DNA of 42,220 nt from an uncultured virus (IMG/VR IMGVR_UViG_2061766007_000300) (taxonomy: Duplodnaviria; Heunggongvirae; Uroviricota; Caudoviricetes). The notes under the pieces were generated by a model that was not told the DNA's origin, made no database searches, and worked only from the letters and a program-made list of their open reading frames with translations. Both the position numbers and the translations under genes were made by a program. Location of the stretch: the IMG/VR virus record IMGVR_UViG_2061766007_000300. One strand, written 5' to 3'. This document shows, one piece after another, positions 10,741-22,234 of the stretch (within the stretch, counting starts at the first letter, position 1; every line of letters starts with the position of its first letter).

Positions 10741-11793
10741 TTATTCCCAACTTTCAATATTTTTTCTTTTTTTTTGATAGACCCAGTATAAATTATTTCT
10801 TGCGCGCGTTGCAGCTACATATGCGAGTCTAATTTCTTCATCTTTCCACATATTTGCGCCAATAACGATTACATTATTCGCTTCAAGTCCTTTCGCAGTA
10901 TGGATAGTAAGGATTTTAACTGCGTCAGAATTAACTAATTCCTCTAACTCATTAAAACTTTTTCCACCGCGTTTAAAAGTTATATTCGGAATTTTATAAC
11001 TATCAAGAATATATTTAACCGATTCAATCTAATCATTAGTTCGAGTTAATATAAACCAATTTTTCATCGGTTCTTTAGAATTACGTAATATATCTACTAT
11101 TGTTCTTAGATTATACTCTACCCAAGTAACTTGTCCAGGTATTCTAACTCGCATCGGAACGCTATCATCATACATATGAGATTTAGTACGAGTTATAATT
11201 CCTTTCGCAAAATTTAAAATATTATATCCATTACGATAATTCTCATTAAGATTATATACTTGGACGCCCGGCGCGCCAGCTATGTTTTCTAATAAGTCTG
11301 GACGAGCGCCGTTCCATTCATAAATACATTGGCGAGTATCTCCGACATAGAGAAATCCTTTTGGATTAAGTAAATTAAAAAATTCCCATTCCTTATCTGA
11401 GCAATCCTATGCCTCATCTACAATAAGATAATCTACTGGTTTTACGCAATCCGGATATTTCTTAACCATAGCAAATAACATATCAAACTTTTCATCATTT
11501 ACATAGCGCGCAGCCTATTCATGGTGCCCGCTCGCGCAAAGTAAGTTATATGCGTATGCGTGAATAGTTCCAATAAATAATCCTTTAAAACTTCCAATTC
11601 TCTAACTCATTTCATTTGCGGCCGCTACAGTAAAAGTTATAATAACTAATCGCTCCGGCGCGATTCCACGCCCAAGCATAACTTTTGCTCTTTCGCTTAC
11701 GACTGCGGTTTTTCCACTAGCCGCCGCAGAAATTACTACTATTTTATCTTCAAGAGACTATACTATTTCTTCTTGTTTTCTACTTAGTTCCAT
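10741..11793 (-). CDS. Compact UvrD/Rep-like SF1 helicase, code 15
   Basis: AAASGKT, ITFTVAAA, GTIHAY, VDEA(TAG=Q)D, VGDTRQCIY, NENYRN, TIHTAKGLEA, YVAATRAR; 351 codons. Confidence 0.92.
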
Positions 11794-11919
11794 ACGTATA
11801 CCTTTTTAAAAACTTACAACCGCCGCATCCATTATGATTTTTACAAGCCCAGCAATTATCTGTATCTGCCCAAAACCATTGCGGTGGTTGGGGTCTTTGT
11901 TTTCTTATTTTATATTTTA

Positions 11920-12957
11920 TTACCCGCCCTATTTCTAATTAAGTAAAGTAGTAGCTCCATACTACTCTATCCAATATTTTTCTCGTTCTCCTAATTTCTC
12001 TTTTGGAACTTCTTCTAAAATCTAAAAAGTAAAATTCCAAATTCCATCGCGCGCCATCTTAGTGTGGAGAGAGCTATGAGCAATAGTTCCGACGCCATAA
12101 GCCGACTTACAATGTTCCTACCATCTATTATTTATATCGGTAGACTTCCCAATATAAATTTCTCCAGTAGGAATATAAGTTATAATATAAATCCCACTAG
12201 GTTTTTTATTATTTAAAACTCTCTTTTCCATTTCTAATAATGGCCGTCTAATATAGCAGTCAAACGCGGCTTTATGAAGAACCTCTTTATTATTAAATTT
12301 ATGCTCTATTTCTTTTATTATTTTTAAATCTTCTATTTCATTATCTGTAAGCTATATACGATAAAAATCGGTATTTTCCTAAGCCTCTTTTTCTCGTAAT
12401 ACCTACTAGTTAACTACTTCACGCCGCTTACGAAAATCTTCAAGTATTTCTAATATATCTTTATATTCCTATTCTGCTATTTCCTATTTATTTTTATATT
12501 CCTATATAAAATTCTCGGCGGCCGCCCTCTAATCAGATATATATTTCTCTATTTCACTGTCTATCTCTCTTTTTCTATCATTATACATATTCTTGAAATA
12601 GTCTTTTATCTACTATTCCTAAGATTCCTTATAACTTCCGAGTTCGCGCGAGATAGAATCTTTTGCGGCCTATGTAGCAGATTTAGAATATTCTAACTAA
12701 GCTTTTAAATTATCCTAATAATCTTTATATTCCTAAAATAATTTTTCTTTTTTCTCTATATATTCTTCCTAAAGACTCTCATTCCTTTCTTTAAAAATAT
12801 TATTTAATTCGTCATGTACGTTATTTATATATTTCTATTTTTCTTCTTCTAAAATATTTATTTCTTTTAGATAATTTTTATTTCTTTTTATATATATTAT
12901 AAGGAAAAAGAGTAATAGAAAAGAAATAATAGAGAGTCCTATAATAATATAACCCAT
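11920..12957 (-). CDS. Membrane-anchored coiled-coil protein with C-terminal GIY-YIG domain, code 15
   Basis: Hydrophobic N-terminus, long E/K/Q-rich helix with many TAG, SGIYIITYIPTGEIYIGKS; 346 codons. Confidence 0.8.
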
Positions 12958-13029
12958 ATAATATATATTTCTCCTATATTTCTATATATATTATACCATA
13001 AATTATATTAAAAGTCAAATTTAAATAAT

Positions 13030-13061
13030 AAAAAAGAAAGCTAAATTTATAGCTTTCTTTT
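13030..13061 (-). terminator. Intrinsic terminator
   Basis: AAAAGAAAGCTA-loop-TAGCTTTCTTTT just downstream of 13069..13566. Confidence 0.75.
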
Positions 13062-13068
13062 ACTAAAA

Positions 13069-13566
13069 TTATTTAGTTAAATCTATCTCTTCTAAAACTA
13101 CTGTCCAAGTTGAAATCTCGTTCCAAATCTCAGTAATATAACTATTTCCCTTTAAAACTCCATAGTCATGATATAACTTAATAAAACATTTCTTATCATA
13201 CTATAAAATTTTCTTGTAAGGAAGATACTTATAATAAATATCCGTCATTTCTTTCCGAAGAACATCTTTCTAGGCTTCAATAATATTATCTAATTTATCT
13301 AAAATTTGCTAGTCCGACTCTTCAAAGTGCTTAACAAGTGGTGGTACAAATTCCTCAACAAAGGCGTCAGTAAATTCTTTATACTATTTATGAGCAGCCT
13401 CATAATTCTCCTTTTCTTTTTCTTTCTTGCGCTTTTTAGCCCATTCTGTATGCTCGGTAGCTTTTCTAAAAGTTTCAGCGCCTATATAAATAAGAATTAC
13501 AAGTCCGCCAATGAAACTGGCGATTTGTGAAAGAGGCCACTTAGAAATAATTTCAAAAATTCCCAT
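13069..13566 (-). CDS. Membrane protein with N-terminal TM helix (holin-associated-like), code 15
   Basis: 166 codons with TAG=Gln; YHDYGVLKGNSY; late motif at 13581-13588. Confidence 0.7.
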
Positions 13567-13605
13567 ACTATCACCTCATACATAAGTAGGGTTAAAGTAT
13601 AGAAA

Positions 13606-13983
13606 TTATAAATTTTTCGGTACTTTTATTCTATCATTATGCCAGCGAGAGGTAACAAGGTATTTCTTCTATATTAAATTATTATAATTTTTAATACTAT
13701 TATTGTCTAAATCCCAATATGGAATTCTATATAGTGGTATATTATGCGCGAGAGCATAAGAATTTTTACGTCTATCTCGTTCCTTCTAAGCTTTAAGTTC
13801 CTATTCGCCTCTTATTGGTTTGAAATGAAACTATCCATCAATTTCTAGAATCGTATTTGTAGAGGGAATATAGAAATCATATCTATATTTTCCTCCTCTT
13901 AAATCGCTAAAAGTTTTTTCTCGCTAAAATTTGATGGCGGCCGCCTTCAAGATTTTAACTATTTTTTCTTCATAACTACTCAT
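13606..13983 (-). CDS. Vsr/DUF559-like PD-(D/E)xK endonuclease, code 15
   Basis: F(Q)REKTF...YRYDFYIP...LEIDG(Q)FHF...LYRIPYWD; 126 codons. Confidence 0.8.
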
Positions 13984-13985
13984 AA

Positions 13986-15074
13986 TTAATCGTGGAAGAT
14001 TTTTTCATAAGTACAATCTTCCATATTTAAATCAGGACGCAACTGAACCATTTTTGCGTGACGTAATGCTTTATTTCCATCCGTAAACTGCATAGCTCCA
14101 ACTTCCAAACACTTACCAGTATAATCTCGATAGTTCCCTTTAATTTCTTCGCTTAATCCACTTAGCCATCCAAGCGGATAAACTTTTCCGTCTTTTAATA
14201 CAGCGATTTCTAGACTGCCTGCGATACCCATAAAATACGATTTAGTAACCGGTTGAATAGGTTTACCTACCATATAATCTCTATAATACGTACCCTCAAG
14301 CTTTTCTCCTGTTACTGGATTCTCCCAATATTGCCAACTTGGAAGTGAAATACCACTATAAATACGTGTAGGTGCCTGCGCGCGCCCTGTAAAGAAACAA
14401 TCGAGCGTTTCACTAAGTTCTTTTTTAATTTTAAGCGTTTGTCGTGCTGGACGTTTACCTGGCTGATAACAAGTTCCTTTTTTAGTTATAACTACACCTT
14501 CGCCGCCCTCTGCGAGAATAAGCTGAAGTTGATTCCAAAGTTCTTCTCCCTCAGAATAATCTGCCCATTCTTGGAAACCATCACCATGCCTGCGTTGACA
14601 ATCTAAAAGACTTTTAATTCTATCTTCAATTATTAAATCAAGATAAGATACTCCATTATAGGCTAGTATATCAAAAATATAATAATGAAGTTTCGGGCCT
14701 GATTCTTGGCGCGCGATAGCTTTTTCTTTAAGACACCCCATAATAGAAGTTACTTTATTACTACCTTCATTTCCCGGAAAATAAATTTCTCCTATAAGAC
14801 AAGTTCCATTTGGAAGAGATTTAAAGAATGGATGAAGTTGTGGAACCCAATCAAATTTATTAAGATAATCTCCGCCTACTCCTTTCGACCGCCCTAAAAG
14901 TTCCATATTCCCATTTTCATCTTTCCAAAACTTATAGAACGCGCCGTCTATTTTACGAGCTCCTACATAATTTCCACTAAAAATCATATTCTTAGCTTCT
15001 ATTTTTGGGTCTACTTTAGCATTTGCGCCAAATGTCCAATAGCGTTGGGGTTCTAATTCGTGAAAATTATACAT
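13986..15074 (-). CDS. ATP-dependent DNA ligase
   Basis: Motif I KIDG, LIGEIY, YIFDIL, EGVVI, LKIK, OB-fold LRH...RPD. Confidence 0.9.
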   Translation of the reverse strand: MYNFHELEPQRYWTFGANAKVDPKIEAKNMIFSGNYVGARKIDGAFYKFWKDENGNMELLGRSKGVGGDYLNKFDWVPQLHPFFKSLPNGTCLIGEIYFPGNEGSNKVTSIMGCLKEKAIARQESGPKLHYYIFDILAYNGVSYLDLIIEDRIKSLLDCQRRHGDGFQEWADYSEGEELWNQLQLILAEGGEGVVITKKGTCYQPGKRPARQTLKIKKELSETLDCFFTGRAQAPTRIYSGISLPSWQYWENPVTGEKLEGTYYRDYMVGKPIQPVTKSYFMGIAGSLEIAVLKDGKVYPLGWLSGLSEEIKGNYRDYTGKCLEVGAMQFTDGNKALRHAKMVQLRPDLNMEDCTYEKIFHD

Positions 15075-15258
15075 TATATACTCCTTATATATTTTAATTT
15101 ATTTATAAATATATATATCTTTCCTATTATATTATATTTACTTTTTTGTTCTTACATTTTTATTATACCATAAATTTTATCGAATTTCAAATTTTTCCTA
15201 CGATGCGGCCCTTTAAAAGTTTGTGGCCGAATTTTATAAAGTTAATATGAGTTTATTC

Positions 15259-15272
15259 TACTTATACTATAG
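15259..15272 (+). promoter_or_regulatory. Putative phage late promoter (TACTTATA-N3-TAG)
   Basis: Same motif precedes the endolysin and several endonuclease genes. Confidence 0.65.
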
Positions 15273-15314
15273 AGTATTATTAAATATTTGTGATAACCTT
15301 TGGAGGTGTAGTAA

Positions 15315-15668
15315 ATGTATAAAATTAATGGTACTACAATTTCTTTAACCAGAGGGGATACTTTAAAGGTTAATATAACTTTAACTACTAAAGATAAAAA
15401 TCCATATACTCCAGTGGCAGCAGATAGAATAAGGTTTGCGTTAAAGAGTGCTAAAATGAATGTAAATAAAACTGAATTTACAGATAAAGAACCTTTAATT
15501 ACAAAAGATATACCTTATAATACTATGTAGTTAAAGTTAGACCCCGAAGATACAAAAAATTTACCTTTTGGAAATTATAAATATGATTTGCAGATTACTT
15601 TTGCAAATAATGAAGTAGATACCTTTATTGATAATGCTGATTTTATAATAACTCCAGAGGTATGGTAA
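15315..15668 (+). CDS. BppU-N-like baseplate/tail protein, code 15
   Basis: ISLTRGDT...LDPEDT..LPFGNYKYDLQI...DTFI. Confidence 0.75.
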
Positions 15669-15669
15669 A

Positions 15670-15849
15670 ATGGGTAATTTAATTGGGAAATTATCTTCGC
15701 CTGGTAGTCTAATTGGTAAATTGTCTCCTGTGGGCAATTTAATAGGTATTTTATCTATTGATGATAAAGCATTAAAAGGGATTCTTACAATTCCTAAAGA
15801 TATAATGCCACCATCCTATAATGGTGAAAATTTAATTATTTAGAGTTAA
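15670..15849 (+). CDS. Small structural hypothetical protein, code 15
   Basis: Repeated GxLIGKLS; 60 codons. Confidence 0.55.
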
Positions 15850-15865
15850 TAAGGAGTAAAAAGAT

Positions 15866-16198
15866 ATGATATATAGAGGCACAACTCCAAGACATTATTT
15901 TGAGTTTCCGTTTGAATCAAATGAAGTAGCCGCGCTCTATATTTCTTATATGCAAAAAGGTCAAATAAGGGTCGAAAAAGAGCTTTCAGATGTTACTTTT
16001 GACCCTATTAATGGTCTTATTTAGGTAGACTTAACCCAAGAAGATACTCTTGCTTTTGAAAAATATAGTTGGTTAGATAAATAGCGGGATTCTCTTATAC
16101 TTATTCAAATTCGTACTAAATTAACGAATGGAGAATGTTGGGTAACCGATATGATGAAAGATAGGTTGGGCGATGTGCTTAAAGACGGGGTGATATAA
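15866..16198 (+). CDS. Tail-associated Ig-like hypothetical protein, code 15
   Basis: MIYRGTTP...LTQEDTL...QIR...LKDGVI; AAGGAG RBS; TAATG coupling. Confidence 0.7.
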
Positions 16199-16383
16199 TG
16201 GGAAAGATTTATACCACTGAAGATAAAGTTTTTAAACCAACGTATAGAAAAGACGATGAAGGTATTTTTAAAACTACTTTTAAAGAAGTTAGTAATCGTC
16301 AAGAAGTAGAGCCAGGAATAATTATAATTTTTGATGGCGGTGATGTATATGGTTACGAAAAAGATCTTAAGGACTGTATTTAA
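16198..16383 (+). CDS. Small hypothetical protein
   Basis: Coupled 61-aa ORF with IFDGGD near its end. Confidence 0.55.
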   Translation: MGKIYTTEDKVFKPTYRKDDEGIFKTTFKEVSNRQEVEPGIIIIFDGGDVYGYEKDLKDCI

Positions 16384-16672
16384 GCTTCGCCGCGCGACTG
16401 AGCAAGAATGGGAAGAAGTTAACCCAATTTTAGATTTGGGCGAACCAGGATATGCATATGATATTTAGAGATTAAAAATAGGGAATGGTGTAGACCATTG
16501 GCATGATTTAAGGTATATTGATATATCTACATCTGAGCTTTTGGAGCTAGTTAGTTAGTTAAGTGTTGAAGATTTAGCTGATGGCGCGGACTATGCTAAA
16601 AAAGAATACGTTGATTAGAATTTTGAAGATTTGATAATAGATTGCGGTACTAGTACCACTGTAATTTATTAA
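16349..16672 (+). CDS. Tail-fibre N-terminal module (Mtd/hyaluronidase-N-like), code 15
   Basis: LRRATEQEW..NPILDLGEPG...LKIGNG...W.DL.Y. Confidence 0.75.
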
Positions 16673-16684
16673 GGTGGTGATTTT

Positions 16685-17047
16685 ATGGGAGTTAAAGAGG
16701 CTAGAATAAAATTAAAAAGAGATACTACCGCGAATTGGAATAATGCACGAGGCTTCATTCCATTGGAAGGAGAACTTATAGTTTATAATGATTATACTAC
16801 TATAAGAAAAATAATTGACGGAATAGAAAAAAATGTTATTATACCTGCCATAAAAATTGGCGATGGACGTGCGTATGTACAAGATTTGCCGTTTGTAAAT
16901 GATGATTTAAGGGATTAGATTTTAAATCATATTAATAATCCCGAAATTCACGTTACTATGGCAGAAAAATTATTTTGGAATAATAAATTAAATGTGAATG
17001 ACAACTCTGAAGTTGTTAATGAAGCATTAATTTTTAATAGAAATTAA
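16685..17047 (+). CDS. Tail-fibre N-terminal module (Mtd/hyaluronidase-N-like), code 15
   Basis: KRDTTANW...PLEGELIVY...KIGDG...DLPF...HINNPEIHVT. Confidence 0.75.
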
Positions 17048-17061
17048 AGGAGATAAGAAAT

Positions 17062-18426
17062 ATGCCATATGTCGATGTAAATGTTCCTGTTATAGATAGA
17101 ATAACTTTACCTTCAGGTAATACTTATTATATCGCAGATAGGGAAATTAGAGACGTTGTAGATACTCTAAGTCAGGCTATTGCGGGTGGTGTATCTTTTG
17201 TAATAGCCTGGGATGGAACAAGTACTCCAGTAGTTGCAAATATTCCTGCCGGAGTAGTTGTTACATATTAGGATACTGATTATACTGGTACTTTAAGTAC
17301 TAGTAGCGCGCAAGCTGGTGCGTTTTATCTTGTGAAGTCTGCAACTTAGGCAGGCGGCGCGCTGGATAAATATGATGAATATGTGCCGGTTGGCGCGGAA
17401 GGTAGTAAAGTTTGGGAAAAAATTGGAGATACTTAGATAGATTTAACAAATATAGTAACTGGTGTGAGTCTTACTAAGTAGACCGATACTGTAATTGGTA
17501 CTGATGCGACTTTTACTATTACTTAGCCTACCGTTGCGCTTTCTACTGGTGCTACCGCTGGGACAGGTGTTATAAGTGTTGCTACGGGTATTACCAGTGT
17601 TACTGACCCAAGTACTACGTTATCTGCTGAAGCTTCTTCCGCTACGGGGCGCGCGCAATTTGTACAGAGTGTAAGTACAACTAAAATTTCTGCGAGTGCA
17701 AGTGGCGGTGCGGTCAGTGCAAGTGGAGATAATGTAACTGCGTTGACAGGATTAGGCACTCCTAGTACTGAAAATGCGGTTAAGTCTGTTACTCCTACTA
17801 CAAAGAAATTAGCGGTTACTACAGTAACTGGTGTAAGTGGAAGTACAACGCCGAATGTAGTTAAAACTAGAACTTCGCAGACTACTGCGGATGGTAGTGG
17901 AACAGCTAGTACGACTAATACAGATTGGCTTAAAGGTGTAAGTGTTAGTAATGGAGTTTTAACGATTGGTGCTGCGACATTAGATACACAAACAACGTAT
18001 TCTGCTGACGCCCCAAGTAGTATTACAATTCCTACTGCTGCTTCAAGTGCGACAACGGTAGCTACAGGTAGTACAACTACTACCGGTAGTGGTGCAGATA
18101 TTGTGACAGATGTAAGCGTTGGAGATACATTTAGTGCGGTCACTGGTTATGCAAGTCCAACAACTGATACAGTCCTTGGTACTGCTTCTAGTTTTAATGT
18201 AACTAATCCTACCGTTACTATTGCGAGCGGGTCTACTGGTGATGTTACAGTGGCCACTGGTGGTACTACTAAATATATGGCGGCCGCTACTTCTGGTACT
18301 GGAGTTACACCTACCACAACAAATATTAAGGCTACAGCCTCTGGTGCAAACACTCAGTGGAATAATAAGGATAGCGTTACGGTTCTTAAAGATACTACTG
18401 ATGTTAGTGTTACTAAGGGAACTTAA
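17062..18426 (+). CDS. Thr/Ser/Gly-rich tail-fibre-like protein, code 15
   Basis: 455-codon frame joining two track ORFs via TAG; YDEYV...WEKIG motif. Confidence 0.8.
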
Positions 18427-18446
18427 TTAAATTTTAGAAGTTTTCG

Positions 18447-18490
18447 TATACAGCGCGGGTCGCATAATTTTATACGATTCGCGCTGTATA
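18447..18490. other. Long intergenic inverted repeat (stem-loop)
   Basis: TATACAGCGCGGGTCG...CGATTCGCGCTGTATA. Confidence 0.6.
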
Positions 18491-18513
18491 AGCGATTAAA
18501 GGAGTAAAAAGGT

Positions 18514-18672
18514 ATGCCAAACGAAACGATTTCTTAGGTTCAATTACCTAATGGTAATATTTATGATATAGTAGGCAAAGCTGCGGCCATTGATTCCACT
18601 TATAATAGTACCACTAAAACCGTTACTTTAACTGTTGGTACTTTAGAGGATGCTGATAATACGGCATATTAA
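18514..18672 (+). CDS. Small tail-associated protein, code 15
   Basis: IS(Q)VQLPNGNIYDI; AGGAG RBS. Confidence 0.6.
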
Positions 18673-18674
18673 TT

Positions 18675-19631
18675 ATGGCGAAAGTTTCAATTACTGAATA
18701 GTATCTTGAAGATATAGCGGATGCTATTAGAAGTAAAAGTAGTAGCAGCACGACATATACTCCCTCTCAAATGGCAGCAGCGATATTGGCAATTCCAACA
18801 GGTGGAACAATAAATAATCAGAATAAGGCAGTTACTCCTAATGAAACAGAATAGAGCATAACTTATGATAGTGGATATACTGGATTGGGTACGGTTACGG
18901 TAGGGGCGATTAGTTCTACTTATGTAGGTAGTGGAATTACTAGAAGAAGTTCTACTGATTTAACTGCCTCTGGAGCAACAGTTTCTGTGCCTGCTGGTTA
19001 TTATGAAGAAGCTGCGAGTAAATCAGTTAGTACAATGACACTTCCTACTTCTGCAAGTGCGAGCGCGACGAGTGGTTATACAAGTAAAGCAACTATTTCT
19101 CGTTCCATTTCTGACCAATATATAAATATTCCTATAGGTTATAATACAGCAGGTGGATATTATAAAATAAGTGCGGTAGCTAATGGTAGTACAACGGCGC
19201 CGGCTAGTATAAGTGGAAGTTCTGCCACAGTTTCTACTGGAACAAATACAATAACTCTTTCTAAAACGATTAGTGTTACTCCTACTGTAAGTGCTGGTTA
19301 TATAAGTTCTGGCACGGCTGGTAATAGTTCTGTTAGTTTAACCGCTTCTGTTGCTACAAAAGCGGCCACAACTTATCATCCATCCACAACCGCGCAATCT
19401 ATATCTAGTGGGACTTATTTAACAGGAGCTTAGACAATTAATGCGGTAACTACTTCAAATCTAAGTGCAAGTAATATAGTTTCTGGTGTAACGATAAAAG
19501 TTGGGGATAGTTCTGATGATGATTGTGTTGCAAGTGTAACTGGTAATGTAGTTTTACAAAATTACTATACCGGAAGTTCTGCTCCTTCTTCTTCTTTAGG
19601 AAGTAATGGAGATTTATATCTTCAGAGTTAA
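18675..19631 (+). CDS. Ser/Thr-rich tail-fibre protein, code 15
   Basis: 319 codons; LEDIADAIR...QMAAAI; ends GSNGDLYLQS. Confidence 0.8.
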
Positions 19632-19642
19632 GGGGGTAGATT

Positions 19643-20980
19643 ATGGCGACGATGACATTGCATCCAACTCAGCTTAATAATGCTGCCAGTTCATATTTAA
19701 CTATTACTGATTAGAATAATATGTATACCGATACAAGCAGTACTACATATGCTACTATTCAGAATACGAACGCTTCAACATCCAATAGATATATTTATCT
19801 TAAAGGATTTAATTTTGATGATCTTCCTACCGGGGCCGAAGTAAGTTCTTTTACTGTTAAGATAAAAGGTTATTATAGCGGTGGTTCACAGCAAACTTTA
19901 TATTTGTGTAATAATACAACCACGCAAACAGGAGCAACGGCTACGGGTTTAACAACAACAACCAAAACCAGAGAATTTTCAAAAGGCTCTTTAACCTGGG
20001 ACACTATAAGCAGTTGGGGAGATAATTTTTCAATAAGAATAAACTGTAGAAGAGGAAGCAGAAATACGGTAGCATACTATTATATTTATGGTGCTGAGAT
20101 CGAGGTTACCTATACATTACCGGTCTTCTATGATATTACAACTTCCACAACTACTGGAACAATTTCTCCGTCAGGAACAACTTCTGTGAGAGAAGGAGAA
20201 AATTTTACTCTGACTATAGAAGCCAGTAATCCTACAGTAACCGATAATAATATTGATGTTACTTCTCAGATTCAGAGAATAACTGATAGTTCTACAACTT
20301 ATATTCCTTACGATTATTCAAATACAGGATTTAATATAAGCAATATCAATAATGCATATAGTGATATTACCGATTCTACTTATGCAGATTGCAGTTTATC
20401 AGGAAAAACAACAGGGAACTTATATTTGGTTCTAGGACCTGTTAACCTTCCATCCAGTGCAACGATAACCAATATTACATGCTAGGCCAGTTTATAGATA
20501 AGTAGGAATGGTTCATCGTCAAGTATGACTGCTTCATGCCAGATGTATAGTGGGAACACATCAAAAGGTTCTTCAACTACATTAGTATCAAGTGCATAGG
20601 ACGTTGCTCGTACAACATACACGCTTAATATAGGTAGTTGGACCGCTTCGGAATTGGAGAATGCTCGTTTTTACTTGACAATGTATAACGGAGCCTCAAG
20701 TACTGTAAGACATGTATATGTTTATGGTATTTCTTTTACTATTACATATACCATAAGTGGTGAAGTTTATACTTATACACTAACCAATGTAAGAGTTAAT
20801 CATACGATTATTGTAAATGCGGGGTCTGCCCCTAGTAAAAAAATTTATGTGAAAATTAATAATACTTGGACTCAATATTCAAAAATTTATAAAAAAGTTA
20901 ATGGGAGTTGGGTTGAGTAGTCTAGTTCTACTTGGGCGACTCTATTTGATACAAATACAAATTATAGAAAAATGGAGTAA
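19643..20980 (+). CDS. Putative receptor-binding/tail protein, code 15
   Basis: 446-codon frame joining track ORFs; ends IYVKINNTW...KKVNGSW. Confidence 0.8.
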
Positions 20981-20991
20981 GGAGAAAGAAA

Positions 20992-21675
20992 ATGGCTTTA
21001 ATTGGTGAAATGAAATATTTATAGATAGGAAGTAATGTATATGAAATTCCAACCAGTGAACTTCCTATCGCTTCTTCTTCTACTCTTGGTGGGATAAAGG
21101 TTGGAACTAATTTAAGTATAGACGATAGTACGGGAGTTTTAAGTGTAACGGGGATTCCTACTATTTCAATAACTCGAAATTTAACAAGTGGAACAAAATC
21201 TGCTACAATAAATGTAAATGGGGCAGATTATGATATTTATTCAGAAACAAATACAGATACGAAAGTAACATAGGTCCCATTAAATGGACTAAATTCAAGT
21301 AAAGGATTATTATTTACTCCTTTAGTTGGCACGTAGCATACAGATACTGTATATACTTCAAATAAAATATTGTATAATGAGAATTCATCAACTTTATATA
21401 TTTATAGTTTCGATGGAACCAAATATGGTTATTATAAGTTTGATTCATTATATTTAAAAAATTCAGCTACTTCATATGGCGGGTTGCTAAGAACTGCCAA
21501 TGTGACTGCAGATAGAACTTATACATTACCCGATGCAACTGGAACTATAGCACTAACCTCTGATATACCTACCTAGGCGAGTATTAATAGTTCTGGCCTA
21601 ATAACATATAAAAATTCCAGCGGTACTTCGTTATTTACTTTATAGTTGCCGCTATATAGTGGGGGCGTAAGTTAA
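20992..21675 (+). CDS. Tail-fibre protein, code 15
   Basis: LPIASSSTLGGIKVG repeat and TLPDATGTIALTSDIP motif; 228 codons. Confidence 0.78.
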
Positions 21676-21676
21676 A

Positions 21677-22234
21677 ATGCCTGATGTAATAATAACTTAT
21701 AAAAATTCTACGATTGCGGATATATCTAATTCTGGTTCTATAGTATTAAAAACCGCGGATAAATACTGCGAAGAGGATATTATAACTACTTATAATAAAA
21801 TAGTTGGAGAAGAAGGTATTCCTATTGCCACAAAAGGGGCGGTAGAAAATAATTCTATCTCTATTATTCCTTCTGTTACAAATATAGGCGGATATATTGC
21901 CGGTGGTACAAGAACCGGCTCAGCCGTTACGGTATCTGCAAACGAACTTGTAAATGGAACAAAGACAATTTCTAGTAGTGGAATAACAGATGTAACTAAT
22001 TATGCGTCGGTCTCTGTCCCTGCGGGAAGTGCGACAATTACTGGGACTACCGTTACTGTAAATCCTAATATTTCAGTTAGTTCAAATGGGGTAATTACTG
22101 CGATTATAAGTAGTTCATAGACTATAACTCCAATTATTTTAGAAGGATATATTTCAGCTGGAACAGAAGGAACAATTTTAGTTAGTGGTAGTAAAACATA
22201 GTAGCTGCCACTATATAACGGGGGGGTAGAGTAA
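21677..22234 (+). CDS. Tail-fibre module protein, code 15
   Basis: 186 codons; shares modules with 22234.. and 25051..; TAATG coupling. Confidence 0.75.
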
